A stretch of 64,000 nucleotides of DNA from Hadesarchaea archaeon (GTDB taxonomy: Archaea > Hadarchaeota > Hadarchaeia > Hadarchaeales > Hadarchaeaceae): contig SOKQ01000021.1 in the NCBI GenBank assembly GCA_004375695.1, forward strand, positions 11,505 through 75,504. Reading direction: 5' to 3'. The notes beneath the pieces were generated by a model, which did not search any database, was not told where the DNA came from, and was given only the letters and a program-made list of their open reading frames with translations. Below are positions 1 to 10,242 of the stretch, piece by piece. Position 1 is the first letter of the stretch. Each line of letters opens with the position of its first letter. The translations under genes were made by a program, and so were the position numbers.

Positions 1-423
1 ATAATTCCTAAAAACCACATTTACGGTACCTTGTACACCTACGACGAAAAAGGGGTAGTTAAAGGCGCTGAATGGGTTAGGGCAGGGTCGGCTAAGGTAC
101 AAGCACTTAATCTGGCCAGAAATAAGGAGAGAATTCCTCCGGAAAGAACCGTCTATGTGGGAGATGGCCATTCCGATATGTACGTGATGTTACACGTAAA
201 AACTTACAATGGATACCCGATAGCCGTCTCGCCATCACCTTTCCTTGGGCACATCTCTAAAAGAACAGTACTTTCGCAGAACGCATTGTGTATCTTAATC
301 CCGGTTCTAGAAGATATAGTCAAACTAAGTGAAGAAGAAGTCAGAGAATTCTTAGAAAAAATGGGGCACCCGATTCAAGAGTGGGATAGGGCAAAAATTG
401 AATGGGTCGATTTAGCTAACTGA
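1..423 (+). CDS. HAD-superfamily hydrolase, C-terminal part (gene continues upstream of window)
   Basis: Frame is open back to position 1. VYVGDGHSDM resembles HAD motif IV (GDGxxD). Confidence 0.45.
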   Translation: MIPKNHIYGTLYTYDEKGVVKGAEWVRAGSAKVQALNLARNKERIPPERTVYVGDGHSDMYVMLHVKTYNGYPIAVSPSPFLGHISKRTVLSQNALCILIPVLEDIVKLSEEEVREFLEKMGHPIQEWDRAKIEWVDLAN

Positions 424-950
424 TAGTGTATCTCTTTGCGACTATGAAAGAGGCGCCCCACGTTAAAATTAAAAACAAAACGGCGGGGACTTCGACCCTT
501 CCGTTACTATTTCGCCAAGCTTCGGAGTCTCGACCACTTCCGTTGCTTAACGCTTTTTCACATCAGGATCTTTATCCCACAGTCGTTGCCTCGCACTATA
601 CTTCCTAGTGCTTATCCGCAACCATCCGTGGTTTTTCGTCCACGTTTTTTCGCGGCTCCCTGTTGTCCGTAGACTTCAGTTCGGCCTCCTCTATGGGCTT
701 CTATCCCCGCCATTCTTTTTTTAGATTCAACTTCTATAAATAAGTTGTTTTTAAAAATGGAAATATATCCAATTTAGAAATATCATTAAATGCGGTTAGA
801 TGCGGTTTTATTCGCGTATTATGAGAACTTTTTTCACATGATTTGATGTTTATATAAGGGGTTAATTTTTTTTGTTGGAATTTCGTTGCCGAGTAACTTC
901 AATTCCTTTAATTTTTACATCTTGCGGCTCCGAGTAAACAGGGGTGTTGA

Positions 951-1661
951 CTAACTGATGTGAACTCTAAATTCTTTACAACCATTTCTTACGGGGCAGT
1001 TTTGGCATCTTTGGGGCTTGCAATACTTTAGACTCAACCTGACCAACTGGGATTCGAGGGATTTTATCTCACTCTCCTTCTCCAGCCCTAGTTTCTTCGC
1101 GGCGTCATCCGCAAGGCGGGATATAGTTGGGTTGGCCTTCTCCCACACGGACCTCAGCTCCCGCAAGAAGATGTTGATCGTTGTCGGCCCCACGCCCTTG
1201 AATTCCAGCAATCTTTTCTCCAAGTCTTCGCTGTCGTTGGCGCTTGCGTACAGGTTTTCAAGTGATTTGTATTTCCCCTTCAACGATTTAGACACTTCAA
1301 GCAATTTTGTGGCGGTAGAAAAATCGTAACGTACGTACCCACCGGAGTCCAAAATTTCGACGAGCTTGTCCCATCCCGCATCCAAAATTTTCTCAGGTGT
1401 GTTTATCCCAGACCTTTCGAACTCCATGTAAGTCCTCTTTGCTATTTCTGCTGAGATTCGTTTGGCGAACAACATTGATGCTAGAAACCACTTGAATCGG
1501 TCTTTTGGCTCTCCCAGATTCAAGCCGAGCTCTTCCGAATAGCTAGGTAACTCCTTGAGCTTTCGTTTGACTTTCAGCTTAACCAACGATATTCTATCTT
1601 CCAATCTCACCAAAATAATGTTTCTTTCAGCTTGACCCCCTACGGTTGCCCGACGCCTCAT
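951..1661 (-). CDS. HhH-GPD family DNA glycosylase (endonuclease III-like) with C-terminal Cys4 [4Fe-4S]-type loop
   Basis: Helix-hairpin-helix LEFKGVGPTTINIFL, and a C-terminal C-x4-C-x2-C-x5-C cluster as in Nth/MutY Fe-S loops. Confidence 0.5.
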   Translation of the reverse strand: MRRRATVGGQAERNIILVRLEDRISLVKLKVKRKLKELPSYSEELGLNLGEPKDRFKWFLASMLFAKRISAEIAKRTYMEFERSGINTPEKILDAGWDKLVEILDSGGYVRYDFSTATKLLEVSKSLKGKYKSLENLYASANDSEDLEKRLLEFKGVGPTTINIFLRELRSVWEKANPTISRLADDAAKKLGLEKESEIKSLESQLVRLSLKYCKPQRCQNCPVRNGCKEFRVHIS

Positions 1662-1756
1662 GGCAACTAGGTGAAAATCGTTTCAATTTTAACTTCCGCG
1701 ACGGGAAATCTTCTTTGTTCACAGAAGAGATGAAAACCAACTTCATTGTAAATAGC

Positions 1757-1764
1757 ATATAAAT
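1757..1764 (+). promoter_or_regulatory. TATA-like box (atataaat) about 30 nt upstream of in-frame ATG 1798
   Basis: AT-rich box at archaeal promoter spacing. It suggests a leaderless transcript starting near 1798. Confidence 0.3.
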
Positions 1765-1797
1765 ACTTTTACAGCGCGATTGCATGAATGGGATGCA

Positions 1798-2985
1798 ATG
1801 GAATCAGAATTTTACAGAACAAAGCTAGACAACGGCTTGACAGTGTTACTTGAGCGCAGAAAGTCTCCAGTTGTGACTTCCCTTTTAGCCTACAGGTTGG
1901 GTGCGGCTCGCGAGCCAGCCGAATTCAAAGGCGTTGCGCACTATTTAGAGCACTGTATCTTTCAGGGGACGAAGACCAAGTCTTTCAAGGAAATTTCGGC
2001 CGTCGTGGAGAAGCATGGGGGAATACTCAACGGGTCCACCGAAGAAGAGGTAACAACGTTTTGGACAAAATTGCCGTCTAAATATTTGGATTTGGGAGTG
2101 GATTTGCTTTCTGACATGCTGGCCAATCCCGCTTTTGATGAACGAAAAATAGAGAAAGAGAAAAAAGTTGTTTTAGAAGAAGTAAAGATGCATCACGATA
2201 CGCCTACCACGTACGTTTTCGAAAGGGCAAAATCCTTTTTGTACGAGAAACCCTTTGGAATGAAAATCGTGGGGACGGAGAAAACAATCAAACCAATCTC
2301 TAGGGAAATTCTTTTGAGTTTTTTCGACCTTTACAATGACCCCGTCCTCTGTGTTGTCGGTGAAGCAGATTTCGACGAGGTAGTCGAGGCTGCCGAACGG
2401 AAAATAACCGTTAAGAGGATGCCTCCATCAAAATTGAAGATAAACAAAATAAACAAACAGGCGGTGGAGCGGAGGAAAGGGCTTAAACAGGCACACCTCG
2501 TGCTCGCCTTTCACACGGCGACTTTGAGAGATAGAAGGAGATATGCGCTTGAATCCTTTAACGCTATTTTTTCGGATGGGGGATCTTCTCGATTATTCCA
2601 AGAAATAAGAGACAAAAGAGGGCTTGCCTATCATGTTAGATCTTATCCTCAAATTGGGGTTGATTACGGGCATAATTTAATTTATGTCGGTACAGATGCG
2701 GGGCACGTCAAGCAGGTAAAGGAACTCATTTTAAAGGAAATCAAGAAAATGCGGGAGCTAGATAAAAAAGAGTTTGAGGAATCAAAAGAGCAACTGATCG
2801 GCCGGTATAAGTTAATTCAAGAGGATAGCTGGAGGGTTGCCCTCGCGTTGCTTTGGGAAGAACTCGCAGGGTCTGCAGAGGAATTTTACAGATATGAGCA
2901 AAGAATTTCCGAGTTAAAGCTTCAGGATGTGAGAGAGCTCGGCAAATTGAAAAGATATTCTTTTGCGGCGCTTGTTCCAAAGTGA
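1798..2985 (+). CDS. M16 family zinc metallopeptidase (insulinase/pitrilysin-like)
   Basis: Inverted zinc motif HYLEH (HxxEH). ORF track starts at TTG 1780, but ATG 1798 fits the TATA spacing better. Confidence 0.7.
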   Translation: MESEFYRTKLDNGLTVLLERRKSPVVTSLLAYRLGAAREPAEFKGVAHYLEHCIFQGTKTKSFKEISAVVEKHGGILNGSTEEEVTTFWTKLPSKYLDLGVDLLSDMLANPAFDERKIEKEKKVVLEEVKMHHDTPTTYVFERAKSFLYEKPFGMKIVGTEKTIKPISREILLSFFDLYNDPVLCVVGEADFDEVVEAAERKITVKRMPPSKLKINKINKQAVERRKGLKQAHLVLAFHTATLRDRRRYALESFNAIFSDGGSSRLFQEIRDKRGLAYHVRSYPQIGVDYGHNLIYVGTDAGHVKQVKELILKEIKKMRELDKKEFEESKEQLIGRYKLIQEDSWRVALALLWEELAGSAEEFYRYEQRISELKLQDVRELGKLKRYSFAALVPK

Positions 2986-3068
2986 CTTGGTAAAATTGAT
3001 TTACCACTTTTTGAGTAACAACTGGAACGCTGCAACCGAAACTACTAATTCATTGAAAAACCATTACC

Positions 3069-3641
3069 GTGAAGAGAGAAATGGAGGTATTTGAAGCCAT
3101 TCGGAGGAGGAAATCGGTTCGAGCATATGCCTCAACTCCAGTACCGAGGGATATACTGGAGAGAATTTTAGAGGCGGCCCGTTTGGCACCCTCGGCCGAA
3201 AACCGCCAGCCCTGGTATTTCATCGTCGTGACGGACCTGGAGAAGCGAAAGCGGATCGCGAAGAGCGGTAGGTTTGCAGGTTTTCTGAAGGAGTCCCCAA
3301 TCGTAATCGTCGGCTGCGGCGACCGGAAGGCCTCGCCAAAATGGCACGTGGTTGATGTCACCATCGCCATGCAGAATATGGTCTTAGTAGCAACAGGGGA
3401 GGGCCTAGGAACTTGTTGGGTTGGAAGCTTCGATGAAGGACTGGTCAAGAGGCTGTTGAAGATCCCGGAGCACTTGAAGGTGGTCGCACTCTTGGCTGTG
3501 GGATACCCGCGCAAGAAACTTGACTTGCTGGCGAAAATTTTGCATTTTTTCCGTCGAAGGAAGCGATTAGACAAGATAGTTGGGTTTGAGGAATATAAGG
3601 GGAAAGCACCGAATATTTATCCGGGACCCCATGCTCGATAG
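3069..3641 (+). CDS. nitroreductase family protein
   Basis: N-terminal RRSVRAY...ILEAARLAPSAENRQPW signature of the NADH/flavin nitroreductase fold. Confidence 0.75.
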   Translation: MKREMEVFEAIRRRKSVRAYASTPVPRDILERILEAARLAPSAENRQPWYFIVVTDLEKRKRIAKSGRFAGFLKESPIVIVGCGDRKASPKWHVVDVTIAMQNMVLVATGEGLGTCWVGSFDEGLVKRLLKIPEHLKVVALLAVGYPRKKLDLLAKILHFFRRRKRLDKIVGFEEYKGKAPNIYPGPHAR

Positions 3642-4209
3642 GGAAAAGAGGTTACGGGTTGCCGGGCTTTGTGGAGTGATCGTCCCGGTGGTGGCATTTT
3701 CGTGTATTTTCATCGCCATATCCCTGTCCCCGTGGTTCAGCTGGACGGCGAACGCGCTGAGCGACCTCGGGGTGGGTGAAGCCGCTTGGGTGTTCAATTC
3801 TGGGCTGATGGCCAGCGGGATCCTCATGATGATTTTTGCAGCCGGCCTCTTGGTGGCGTTTGGGGGACGAGCTCTGAGGCGCGTGGGTGCAGTCTTTTTG
3901 TTTTTTGACGCCGTTGCCCTATTTGGTATAGGGGTGTTCTCGGAGGCAGCAGGGGATATCCACTCCTACTTCTCGGTGGCATTCTTCGTGCTGTTACCCC
4001 TCTCGCTTTTCCTGCTCGGTGCCGGCGCAGTCATGGCTGGTTCCAAGAAGTTCGGGTCCTTCACGATCGTAGACGGAATCCTAGCCGCTCTTCCCTGGGC
4101 CTTCGGCTGGGATGGTGTGGCGATTCCAGAGGCGATTTCAGCGCTCGTCGCGTCAATTTGGATTGTGGCAGAAGGGGCGAGGCTCTACCTAGGGCATGGA
4201 AAAGGGTAG
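3631..4209 (+). CDS. polytopic membrane protein (DUF998-like)
   Basis: Five or six hydrophobic helices. Start moved to ATG 3631 to remove the overlap with the nitroreductase gene. Confidence 0.5.
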   Translation: MLDREKRLRVAGLCGVIVPVVAFSCIFIAISLSPWFSWTANALSDLGVGEAAWVFNSGLMASGILMMIFAAGLLVAFGGRALRRVGAVFLFFDAVALFGIGVFSEAAGDIHSYFSVAFFVLLPLSLFLLGAGAVMAGSKKFGSFTIVDGILAALPWAFGWDGVAIPEAISALVASIWIVAEGARLYLGHGKG

Positions 4210-4770
4210 TCTCTGAACGAGGGACCAGTACTCGGACAAATGTTTCTCCATCTCCTTGTAATTCCCGAATTCGCTCCCCACCAGCTTCCAGAAAGCCTTG
4301 CGGTGATTTCTTTCCTTGAGGTGCGCGACCTCGTGACACGCGATGTACCGGATGAGGTCGGGAGGGAGATATACCAGCCGGAGGTTGAAGTTCAAATTTC
4401 CATCGGACGAGCAACTGCCCCACCTAGTCCGCTGTCTCCTTATGGTTATCCGGTTGAACCTCACGCCAAGCTTCCCGCTGTAGTGAGCAAGTGCGGGTTC
4501 AAGTTCATCGAGGAGCCTTCGCTTCAGGATCCGCTCGAGCCGATTAAGGTGGTTCGGGCTGCTTGGGTCGAACTCGATAACTTTTTCGTCGAAGTCGACC
4601 ATCAGGGACCCGTTTTCACGGAACTCGAAGCGCTCCCCCAAGATGAGAGGACCTCTGGAGTTTCTTGAAGTGACCGATTGCTCCCTCATGCGCCCCCCAG
4701 CAAATTCGGTTCGTTCGGGTTTTATATAAATTAAATTACAAGGAGGAGAAGATACGTGATCGCATGACAA
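4189..4770 (-). CDS. YgjP/DUF45-like metal-dependent hydrolase (HExxH)
   Basis: CHEVAHL zinc-binding HExxH motif near the C-terminus, as in the DUF45/WLM/M48-like fold. An internal start at 4689 is possible. Confidence 0.55.
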   Translation of the reverse strand: MSCDHVSSPPCNLIYIKPERTEFAGGRMREQSVTSRNSRGPLILGERFEFRENGSLMVDFDEKVIEFDPSSPNHLNRLERILKRRLLDELEPALAHYSGKLGVRFNRITIRRQRTRWGSCSSDGNLNFNLRLVYLPPDLIRYIACHEVAHLKERNHRKAFWKLVGSEFGNYKEMEKHLSEYWSLVQRLPFSMP

Positions 4771-5399
4771 AGGTCGTTTCGTTTGACCTGGACGGGACGC
4801 TAATCGACCGGAAGTTCATGGATTCTCTCTGGTTCGAGGGCTTCTCCAGGCGTTACGCCGAGCGGTGGGGAGTTAGTCAGGAGGAGGCGCTGAAGGAGAT
4901 CACGCGCAGGTACGGCGGGGTCGGGATGGAAAGGCTCGAGTGGTACGATATCGACTATTGGTGGAAGGAGTTCGAGCTGGGCGGGAGCTGGAGGGACCTT
5001 GTCGATGAGCTCCGCTCGAACGTGAGGGCCTATCCGGAGGTCCACGAAGTCCTGGATGAACTCCATCGGAGGTTCAAGCTCATAGTCATCACGAACGGGG
5101 CGCGCGAGTTGGTCGAGGTGGAGACCGAGCAGGCCGGATTAAACGACTACATTGACCGGATGTTCTCCGCGACCTCGGATTTCGGGCTTGTAAAGAAGAC
5201 GAGCGAGTTCTACTTGGATATCCTGAAGGAGGTTGGCGTTTCCACCGCGGAGGTGGTACACGTGGGTGACAACTGGGTGTTCGACTACCTCGCGCCGAGG
5301 GAGGCCGGCATTCGGGCATTTTTCCTCGACCGCGATGGAAAGCAATCTGGGGAGTCAGTGGTTAGGGACCTGAAGGAGTTCTCGCGTCAGCTGTTGTGA
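4764..5399 (+). CDS. HAD family hydrolase
   Basis: N-terminal FDLDGTL motif I and a later VGDNWVFD motif IV. Confidence 0.7.
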   Translation: MTKVVSFDLDGTLIDRKFMDSLWFEGFSRRYAERWGVSQEEALKEITRRYGGVGMERLEWYDIDYWWKEFELGGSWRDLVDELRSNVRAYPEVHEVLDELHRRFKLIVITNGARELVEVETEQAGLNDYIDRMFSATSDFGLVKKTSEFYLDILKEVGVSTAEVVHVGDNWVFDYLAPREAGIRAFFLDRDGKQSGESVVRDLKEFSRQLL

Positions 5400-6229
5400 A
5401 CCTCATGAAAGCGGGACCTGAATGTCTGGATTGTCTGTGGAAGCTCTCGCGCCAGGCCACGGAGCTAGCGACCTCCGACCCCAAGGTGAAATCCATGATC
5501 GAGAGGGAAGTTTCGCGCATCCTAGGGCGCTTCTCTGAGGATATCGTTCCTTCGGATTTCGGCAACCAACTCCACCAGACCATCAGGGAGATCTCCAAGA
5601 ACCCCGACCCCTACAGCGAGCAAAAGTTGCGGGAGATCAAGACTGCAAGGCTGGCATTTTCGAAAATCAAACCTCGAGGGGATTTAAGGAGCTGTGTGGA
5701 GATCGCCGCCCAGGGGAACGCCATCGACTTCTTCGTGGATCCCGAAAGCCTCGGTCGCGAACTTTCCGTTAGACCGAATTTTGTCATAGACGATATAGCG
5801 AAGCTCGAGCGCAAGCTGGAGGGTGTCAAGGACATCCTGTATCTGGCCGACAACGCTGCCGAGGTGTTCTTCGACCTGCCCCTGCTGACGTTCCTCGGGA
5901 GGAAGGCGAGGGTGGGGTATGTGGTCAAGGAGAGCCCGGTTCAGAACGATCTGTCTGTTGGGGATATTCGACTTACGGGGCTTAGGCTTCCGGCCGAGAT
6001 CATCCCTTCACCCGCCACGGTGGGCTTTTACCCGGACAGGTCTTCTCCCCAGCTTAGAGAAAGGTTCGCGCGGGCGGACCTGGTGGTGGCTAAAGGGATG
6101 GGAAATTATGAAACGCTTTCGGAGTTGCCAGAAAGTGGGAAATTCTTCTACATCTTTCGAGCTAAATGTGGGCCAGTTGCACGAAGTCTGGGTGTAAACG
6201 TTGGAGACTACGTGGCGATGCTGCGATAG
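5396..6229 (+). CDS. DUF89/ARMT1-like protein (damage-control phosphatase family)
   Basis: N-terminal C-x2-C (ECLDC) and overall length and pattern typical of archaeal DUF89 proteins. Confidence 0.55.
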   Translation: MNLMKAGPECLDCLWKLSRQATELATSDPKVKSMIEREVSRILGRFSEDIVPSDFGNQLHQTIREISKNPDPYSEQKLREIKTARLAFSKIKPRGDLRSCVEIAAQGNAIDFFVDPESLGRELSVRPNFVIDDIAKLERKLEGVKDILYLADNAAEVFFDLPLLTFLGRKARVGYVVKESPVQNDLSVGDIRLTGLRLPAEIIPSPATVGFYPDRSSPQLRERFARADLVVAKGMGNYETLSELPESGKFFYIFRAKCGPVARSLGVNVGDYVAMLR

Positions 6230-6388
6230 GTCTGGCGAAAAAGTGTGGAATCAAATAAGGGTATTTATTCTATTCACTCCCGAACTAGGAGTTATATTTC
6301 TTATTATTGGGGCCTTAGTAACCGCTAGGGCGGATGAAGCCAGTACATTTGGCTAACAATGAGTTAAAAAGTTTCAGCAAGAGTAACT

Positions 6389-7135
6389 TTGATGCCCAAC
6401 AACTTGTACTATCGCATTTCCCACCGCCTATCCGGCTTCCGTCTTCTCGGCCTAGCCTTCACCCTGTTCGCCCTGGCAAACATCATAATTTACCTTTTGA
6501 TTTCCCTCCACCCCCCGCTCCTCGAGGGCCTCTGGCTCTCCGCCGACCGCCCCTGGGGCATCCTGACCTCAGCCTTCACCCACGCCGACCTCCCCCACCT
6601 CGCCAGCAACCTCGAGGGTTTCACCTTGGCGGCTTTGCTTTTCATCCCCGTGAGTTTGGCGTATCCGGCGAGGGTCCGCAGGCGTTGGAGCCGCATCTTC
6701 TTCTGGCTCGTATTCCTCGCCGGCATCGGTGCGAACGTGATAGAGTATCCGCTGATACTGGTCGGTCCTGGCTTCAACTCCTGGGGCGCTTCGGGAATCG
6801 TATACGGGGCCCTCGGAGTCCTCCTGGCGGCTTGCCTCCAGAGCCTACCGGACCACCTAAAGACACTTTCCAAGGAGCGTCGCCGGGTCCGCAGGCGTAA
6901 AAAATGGAGGCCGTTCAGATTCAATCGGAGATTCCTGAAAACTTTTCCCGCCCTCGTGACACTTTCCCTTCTCTTCTCCTTTTTCTGGCTGATTTTCACC
7001 GACCCCGGGGTTTTCCTGAGTGCCGGGCCGGGGATCGATGTGTTCGCCCACGGGTTCGGGTTCTTAGGGGGGTTCGGAGGTGCTATGGTTCTCTTCAGAT
7101 TTGATTTTCGCCGTGTTCGAGCAAGCGAAAATTAA
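6389..7135 (+). CDS. rhomboid family intramembrane serine protease
   Basis: GASGIVYG (GxSG catalytic Ser), a downstream AHGFGFLGG (catalytic His in the AHxxGxxxG context), and multiple TM helices. Confidence 0.7.
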   Translation: MMPNNLYYRISHRLSGFRLLGLAFTLFALANIIIYLLISLHPPLLEGLWLSADRPWGILTSAFTHADLPHLASNLEGFTLAALLFIPVSLAYPARVRRRWSRIFFWLVFLAGIGANVIEYPLILVGPGFNSWGASGIVYGALGVLLAACLQSLPDHLKTLSKERRRVRRRKKWRPFRFNRRFLKTFPALVTLSLLFSFFWLIFTDPGVFLSAGPGIDVFAHGFGFLGGFGGAMVLFRFDFRRVRASEN

Positions 7136-7316
7136 GTGGCGCGGTACATTTTCTATCGTATTTGATTCAAAATGCACTTCGTACAAACCGCTACACCTTC
7201 TTGCTTTCCGTTATTGGTAAACATTTTTATTCTTGCGGTCACATGTATCATTACCGATTGGGTCCGCGCAGGATGTCGTGATTCTCGTTCGACGGACCCG
7301 AGTTGAGGTGTTTCAG

Positions 7317-8513
7317 ATGCGAAAGTTAAAAGTTGCAGTTCTCGGTTGGGAGCCCCCATCTAGGAACAGGGTGGTGACGGGGGCCGGGATGTACCTCGGC
7401 TACCTAGCGGAGCTTGGAGTGTTTGCCCGTGCCCGAGGCCGAAAGCTCAGCCTCACATTCATCGTCCCCTCGCAGCGGGACAGGCTGGTCCACCGCGAGG
7501 GTTATCGGGTGCTGTTTGTCCGCACCCCGAGGTTTCGCGAGCACCGCCCGTACGACGCGGATGTCCTGTATCCGGCGACCAAAAGATTTGCGAAACGGTT
7601 GCTTGGAAGACGCAGCCCCGTCGATCTCAAAAAATTTGACGTGATCTTGGCCAACTCATTCGCCTTCGGGGAGCTGATCGCCCGCGCAAGACTCGACAAC
7701 TTCGTGTACATCTCTCACCGTCCCGAGTTCCTGCGGGAAAAATTTGCAGAGCGCTTTGGGGTCCGAATAGCAAGCAAACGCAGGCTTCGCCGTGATGCGA
7801 GGCTGGAGGCCAAAGCGATTGAGAATTCTAGGCGGACGATAACTGTGAGCAAAGCTTGTAAACGAGAGCTAGCTCGGCGGTTCGACCGTAACTGCATCGA
7901 CGTAATCTACAACGGAGTCGACACAAACCTGTTCAGCCGAGTCAAGTGCGAGTCCAACGGGAAAACTGTATTTACCTACGCCGGGCGGAACCACCCCGAA
8001 AAGGGAATCGACCTTCTCTTGCGGAGCGTCCAGCGCGTGGTAGACAGGGGGTGCTCCAACTTCGAGCTTCGGATGCTCACAGACGACGGCATCTTGTTAA
8101 AGCGGGCGGTGAAGCGCATGGACCTCTCTAAGTATGTCAAGCTGGTGGGATGGCGGCGGCTGCGCGAGCTTCCTCGCTATTACTCCTCAAGCACCTTCAC
8201 CATCATGCCCTCCTACTGGGAGAGCTTCTCATACGCGACGGCCGAGGGGCTGGCGTGTGAGGTGCCTACGATAGTCTCGACGGCTGGTGCGCTGCAAGAG
8301 ATGGTTGATGGTGAGGTTGGGCTGCACTTCCGGGCTGGGAGCGAGCGTGAGCTTGCCAACAGGCTGGAGGAGGCCTGTAGTTGTGACTCGGAGCGCGCGG
8401 CCGAGATGGGGCGGCGAGGGCGAAGGAGAGTCAAGCAGAAATTCTCGAAGGAGGCTTTCCTGAACAAATACCTACGGTACATCGAGCGGTTCGCGGATGG
8501 CGTGTTCTCTTAA
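7317..8513 (+). CDS. glycosyltransferase family 4 (GT-B, RfaB-like)
   Basis: C-terminal E-x7-E region ESFSYATAEGLACEVPTI typical of GT4. Start set at ATG 7317. Confidence 0.7.
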   Translation: MRKLKVAVLGWEPPSRNRVVTGAGMYLGYLAELGVFARARGRKLSLTFIVPSQRDRLVHREGYRVLFVRTPRFREHRPYDADVLYPATKRFAKRLLGRRSPVDLKKFDVILANSFAFGELIARARLDNFVYISHRPEFLREKFAERFGVRIASKRRLRRDARLEAKAIENSRRTITVSKACKRELARRFDRNCIDVIYNGVDTNLFSRVKCESNGKTVFTYAGRNHPEKGIDLLLRSVQRVVDRGCSNFELRMLTDDGILLKRAVKRMDLSKYVKLVGWRRLRELPRYYSSSTFTIMPSYWESFSYATAEGLACEVPTIVSTAGALQEMVDGEVGLHFRAGSERELANRLEEACSCDSERAAEMGRRGRRRVKQKFSKEAFLNKYLRYIERFADGVFS

Positions 8514-8523
8514 AAAAACACAT

Positions 8524-10095
8524 TTATCTATCTTCAGCCCAAGTGAACTTTCGCTGGAGAGTTTTGGGGTAGATTTTTTTCCAATCGTATGAAACTCCTC
8601 CCGCCCACTTGACGTAGAGGCGCGGGTCGATGTAGGACTTGAGCGATGTACCGAGGTTGTAGTCTCGCGTAGCCTTTGTCAGCTTCACCTTGAGTCTAGC
8701 AGCTCTCATCCTCCCCTGAAGGCTCTTTATCCGCTTCGCACGTGAGCGGGAGCGGGGCCTTTCCCTGACTTCCTTCAGCTTCTCCTTCAGGACTTTCAGT
8801 CTGTTCACTTTATTTTCAAGGGATTCCTTCCAGTTCTTCGGGAGCTTTCGTTTGTGGTGGCAGGTGATCGCCGCTTCAAGATTCGCCATCTTGGCCACAT
8901 ACTTCTTCTCGAAGTCTGTATCTTCCGGTCGAACCTTGGAATTGGCTAGATAGTCTCTGACGCTCTTCGAGGCGTGATAAGTCCTGAAGACCTTAGCCGT
9001 GAGCCCTGGCATCACTTGACCTAAGAAAGCGTTTACGTGCTCCGAGCGGACTCCCGAGAAAATGGGCGCCCTAGGCTTCCCGATGAAGGACTTCAGGTTG
9101 CTCACGACTTGAGCAGGCGGCCTGATGGTCCTGACCCACCTCACCGAGTCCTTGCCCAGGAAGTTGAATTTTACCCGTCCAGAGTGGTCTATCTTGACGT
9201 GTGCACCCCTCAGCGTTACTGCGCCAACGGTGTCAGCTTCATCCTTGTCCTTCTCGTCGCCGACCCTCGTCTTCAGATTATCTATCAAGTAAGATACGGT
9301 CGCGGTCTTGCGCTGAGCGAGGTCCTCCGAGGCCAAGCTCCCCTCGATGTGTTGCCGAACCCTTTCAACGAGCTCCTCCAGCTCTCGGGCCTTGTTGAAC
9401 TTTTCGATCTCGCGCTCTTGTTTGAATCGCGCGGTGTCGGCTATCCATAAATACTTAAGTTCCTCACTGAGCTTGTCTTGCCACTTGGCTATCCACATGG
9501 CATTCGGATCGAAGGCCCTTTCCTTCCAGCGCTTCCCGTTTGGAGGTGTTGGGGTGGGGGCATCGAGTGACAGGTTTAGAATTATATCCTCATAGGCGAC
9601 TCTTGGCTTCCATCTTCCTCGAAACGGATGCTTTCCCCTACCCATGAAAATGCTAGGGGGTTCGACGGTGTAGCCGATCTCTACCCGTTCACCGTTAAGC
9701 ACAGCGTATCCGTACTTTTCCTTGTTGGCTTCCCGAATTTTCTTCCTTGCTTCAGCCAACGCTTTTCGCTCCTCGCGTGACATGTTTTCCTTTTTGATTT
9801 TTTCCTGCTCGACCCAGCGTTGAATCTCGGAGAAATCGAAGTCTTCTATTTTAGAGGGAGTTTCAACCCCTAGGGCTTTGGAGAAGTCTTCCACAAAGTT
9901 CCTGGCGAAGACCGGGTCTTTCACGTAGTCAGTACCCAGTTTCTTGACCCATGCGACGGCCATCTCTTCTTGGTCTGGAGCTAAAGAGAGTTTCTTCCCC
10001 TTATAGCGGATGGTGAAGCCTCGGGGTTCGTAGGTAGGGATGAGAACACCATTGTGAATCAGTTGCTTTATTCTGGTAGGTTGCGGCATCTGCAT
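8524..10095 (-). CDS. DNA topoisomerase IB, eukaryotic type
   Basis: EPPSIFMGRGKHPFRG core. FLGKDSVRW, GLTAKVFRTYHAS and the active-site Tyr context LGTSLKSYIDPRL match the eukaryotic Top1 catalytic domain. Confidence 0.85.
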   Translation of the reverse strand: MQMPQPTRIKQLIHNGVLIPTYEPRGFTIRYKGKKLSLAPDQEEMAVAWVKKLGTDYVKDPVFARNFVEDFSKALGVETPSKIEDFDFSEIQRWVEQEKIKKENMSREERKALAEARKKIREANKEKYGYAVLNGERVEIGYTVEPPSIFMGRGKHPFRGRWKPRVAYEDIILNLSLDAPTPTPPNGKRWKERAFDPNAMWIAKWQDKLSEELKYLWIADTARFKQEREIEKFNKARELEELVERVRQHIEGSLASEDLAQRKTATVSYLIDNLKTRVGDEKDKDEADTVGAVTLRGAHVKIDHSGRVKFNFLGKDSVRWVRTIRPPAQVVSNLKSFIGKPRAPIFSGVRSEHVNAFLGQVMPGLTAKVFRTYHASKSVRDYLANSKVRPEDTDFEKKYVAKMANLEAAITCHHKRKLPKNWKESLENKVNRLKVLKEKLKEVRERPRSRSRAKRIKSLQGRMRAARLKVKLTKATRDYNLGTSLKSYIDPRLYVKWAGGVSYDWKKIYPKTLQRKFTWAEDR

Positions 10096-10242
10096 CGTTC
10101 TTTCTAAATCATTTGTTGTAATTAAATGTCATGGAGATTAGTTATGAAGTCAAAAATCGGTTCATGGTTTAATTGACCCAAGGGTTGTGGCGAGTTCGAA
10201 AAATGTCTGTGGGGCAAGATATCCCACCGAAGTGCTGCGCGA

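Noticed and set aside
426-608. 60-aa ORF in the 424..950 intergenic region
   Set aside because: No homolog-like motifs and poor composition. The region is kept only as an ncRNA candidate.
6334-6900. 188-aa Pro/Arg-rich ORF overlapping the rhomboid gene in another frame
   Set aside because: Out-of-frame overlap with a gene that carries clear catalytic motifs. The composition is typical of GC-driven spurious frames.
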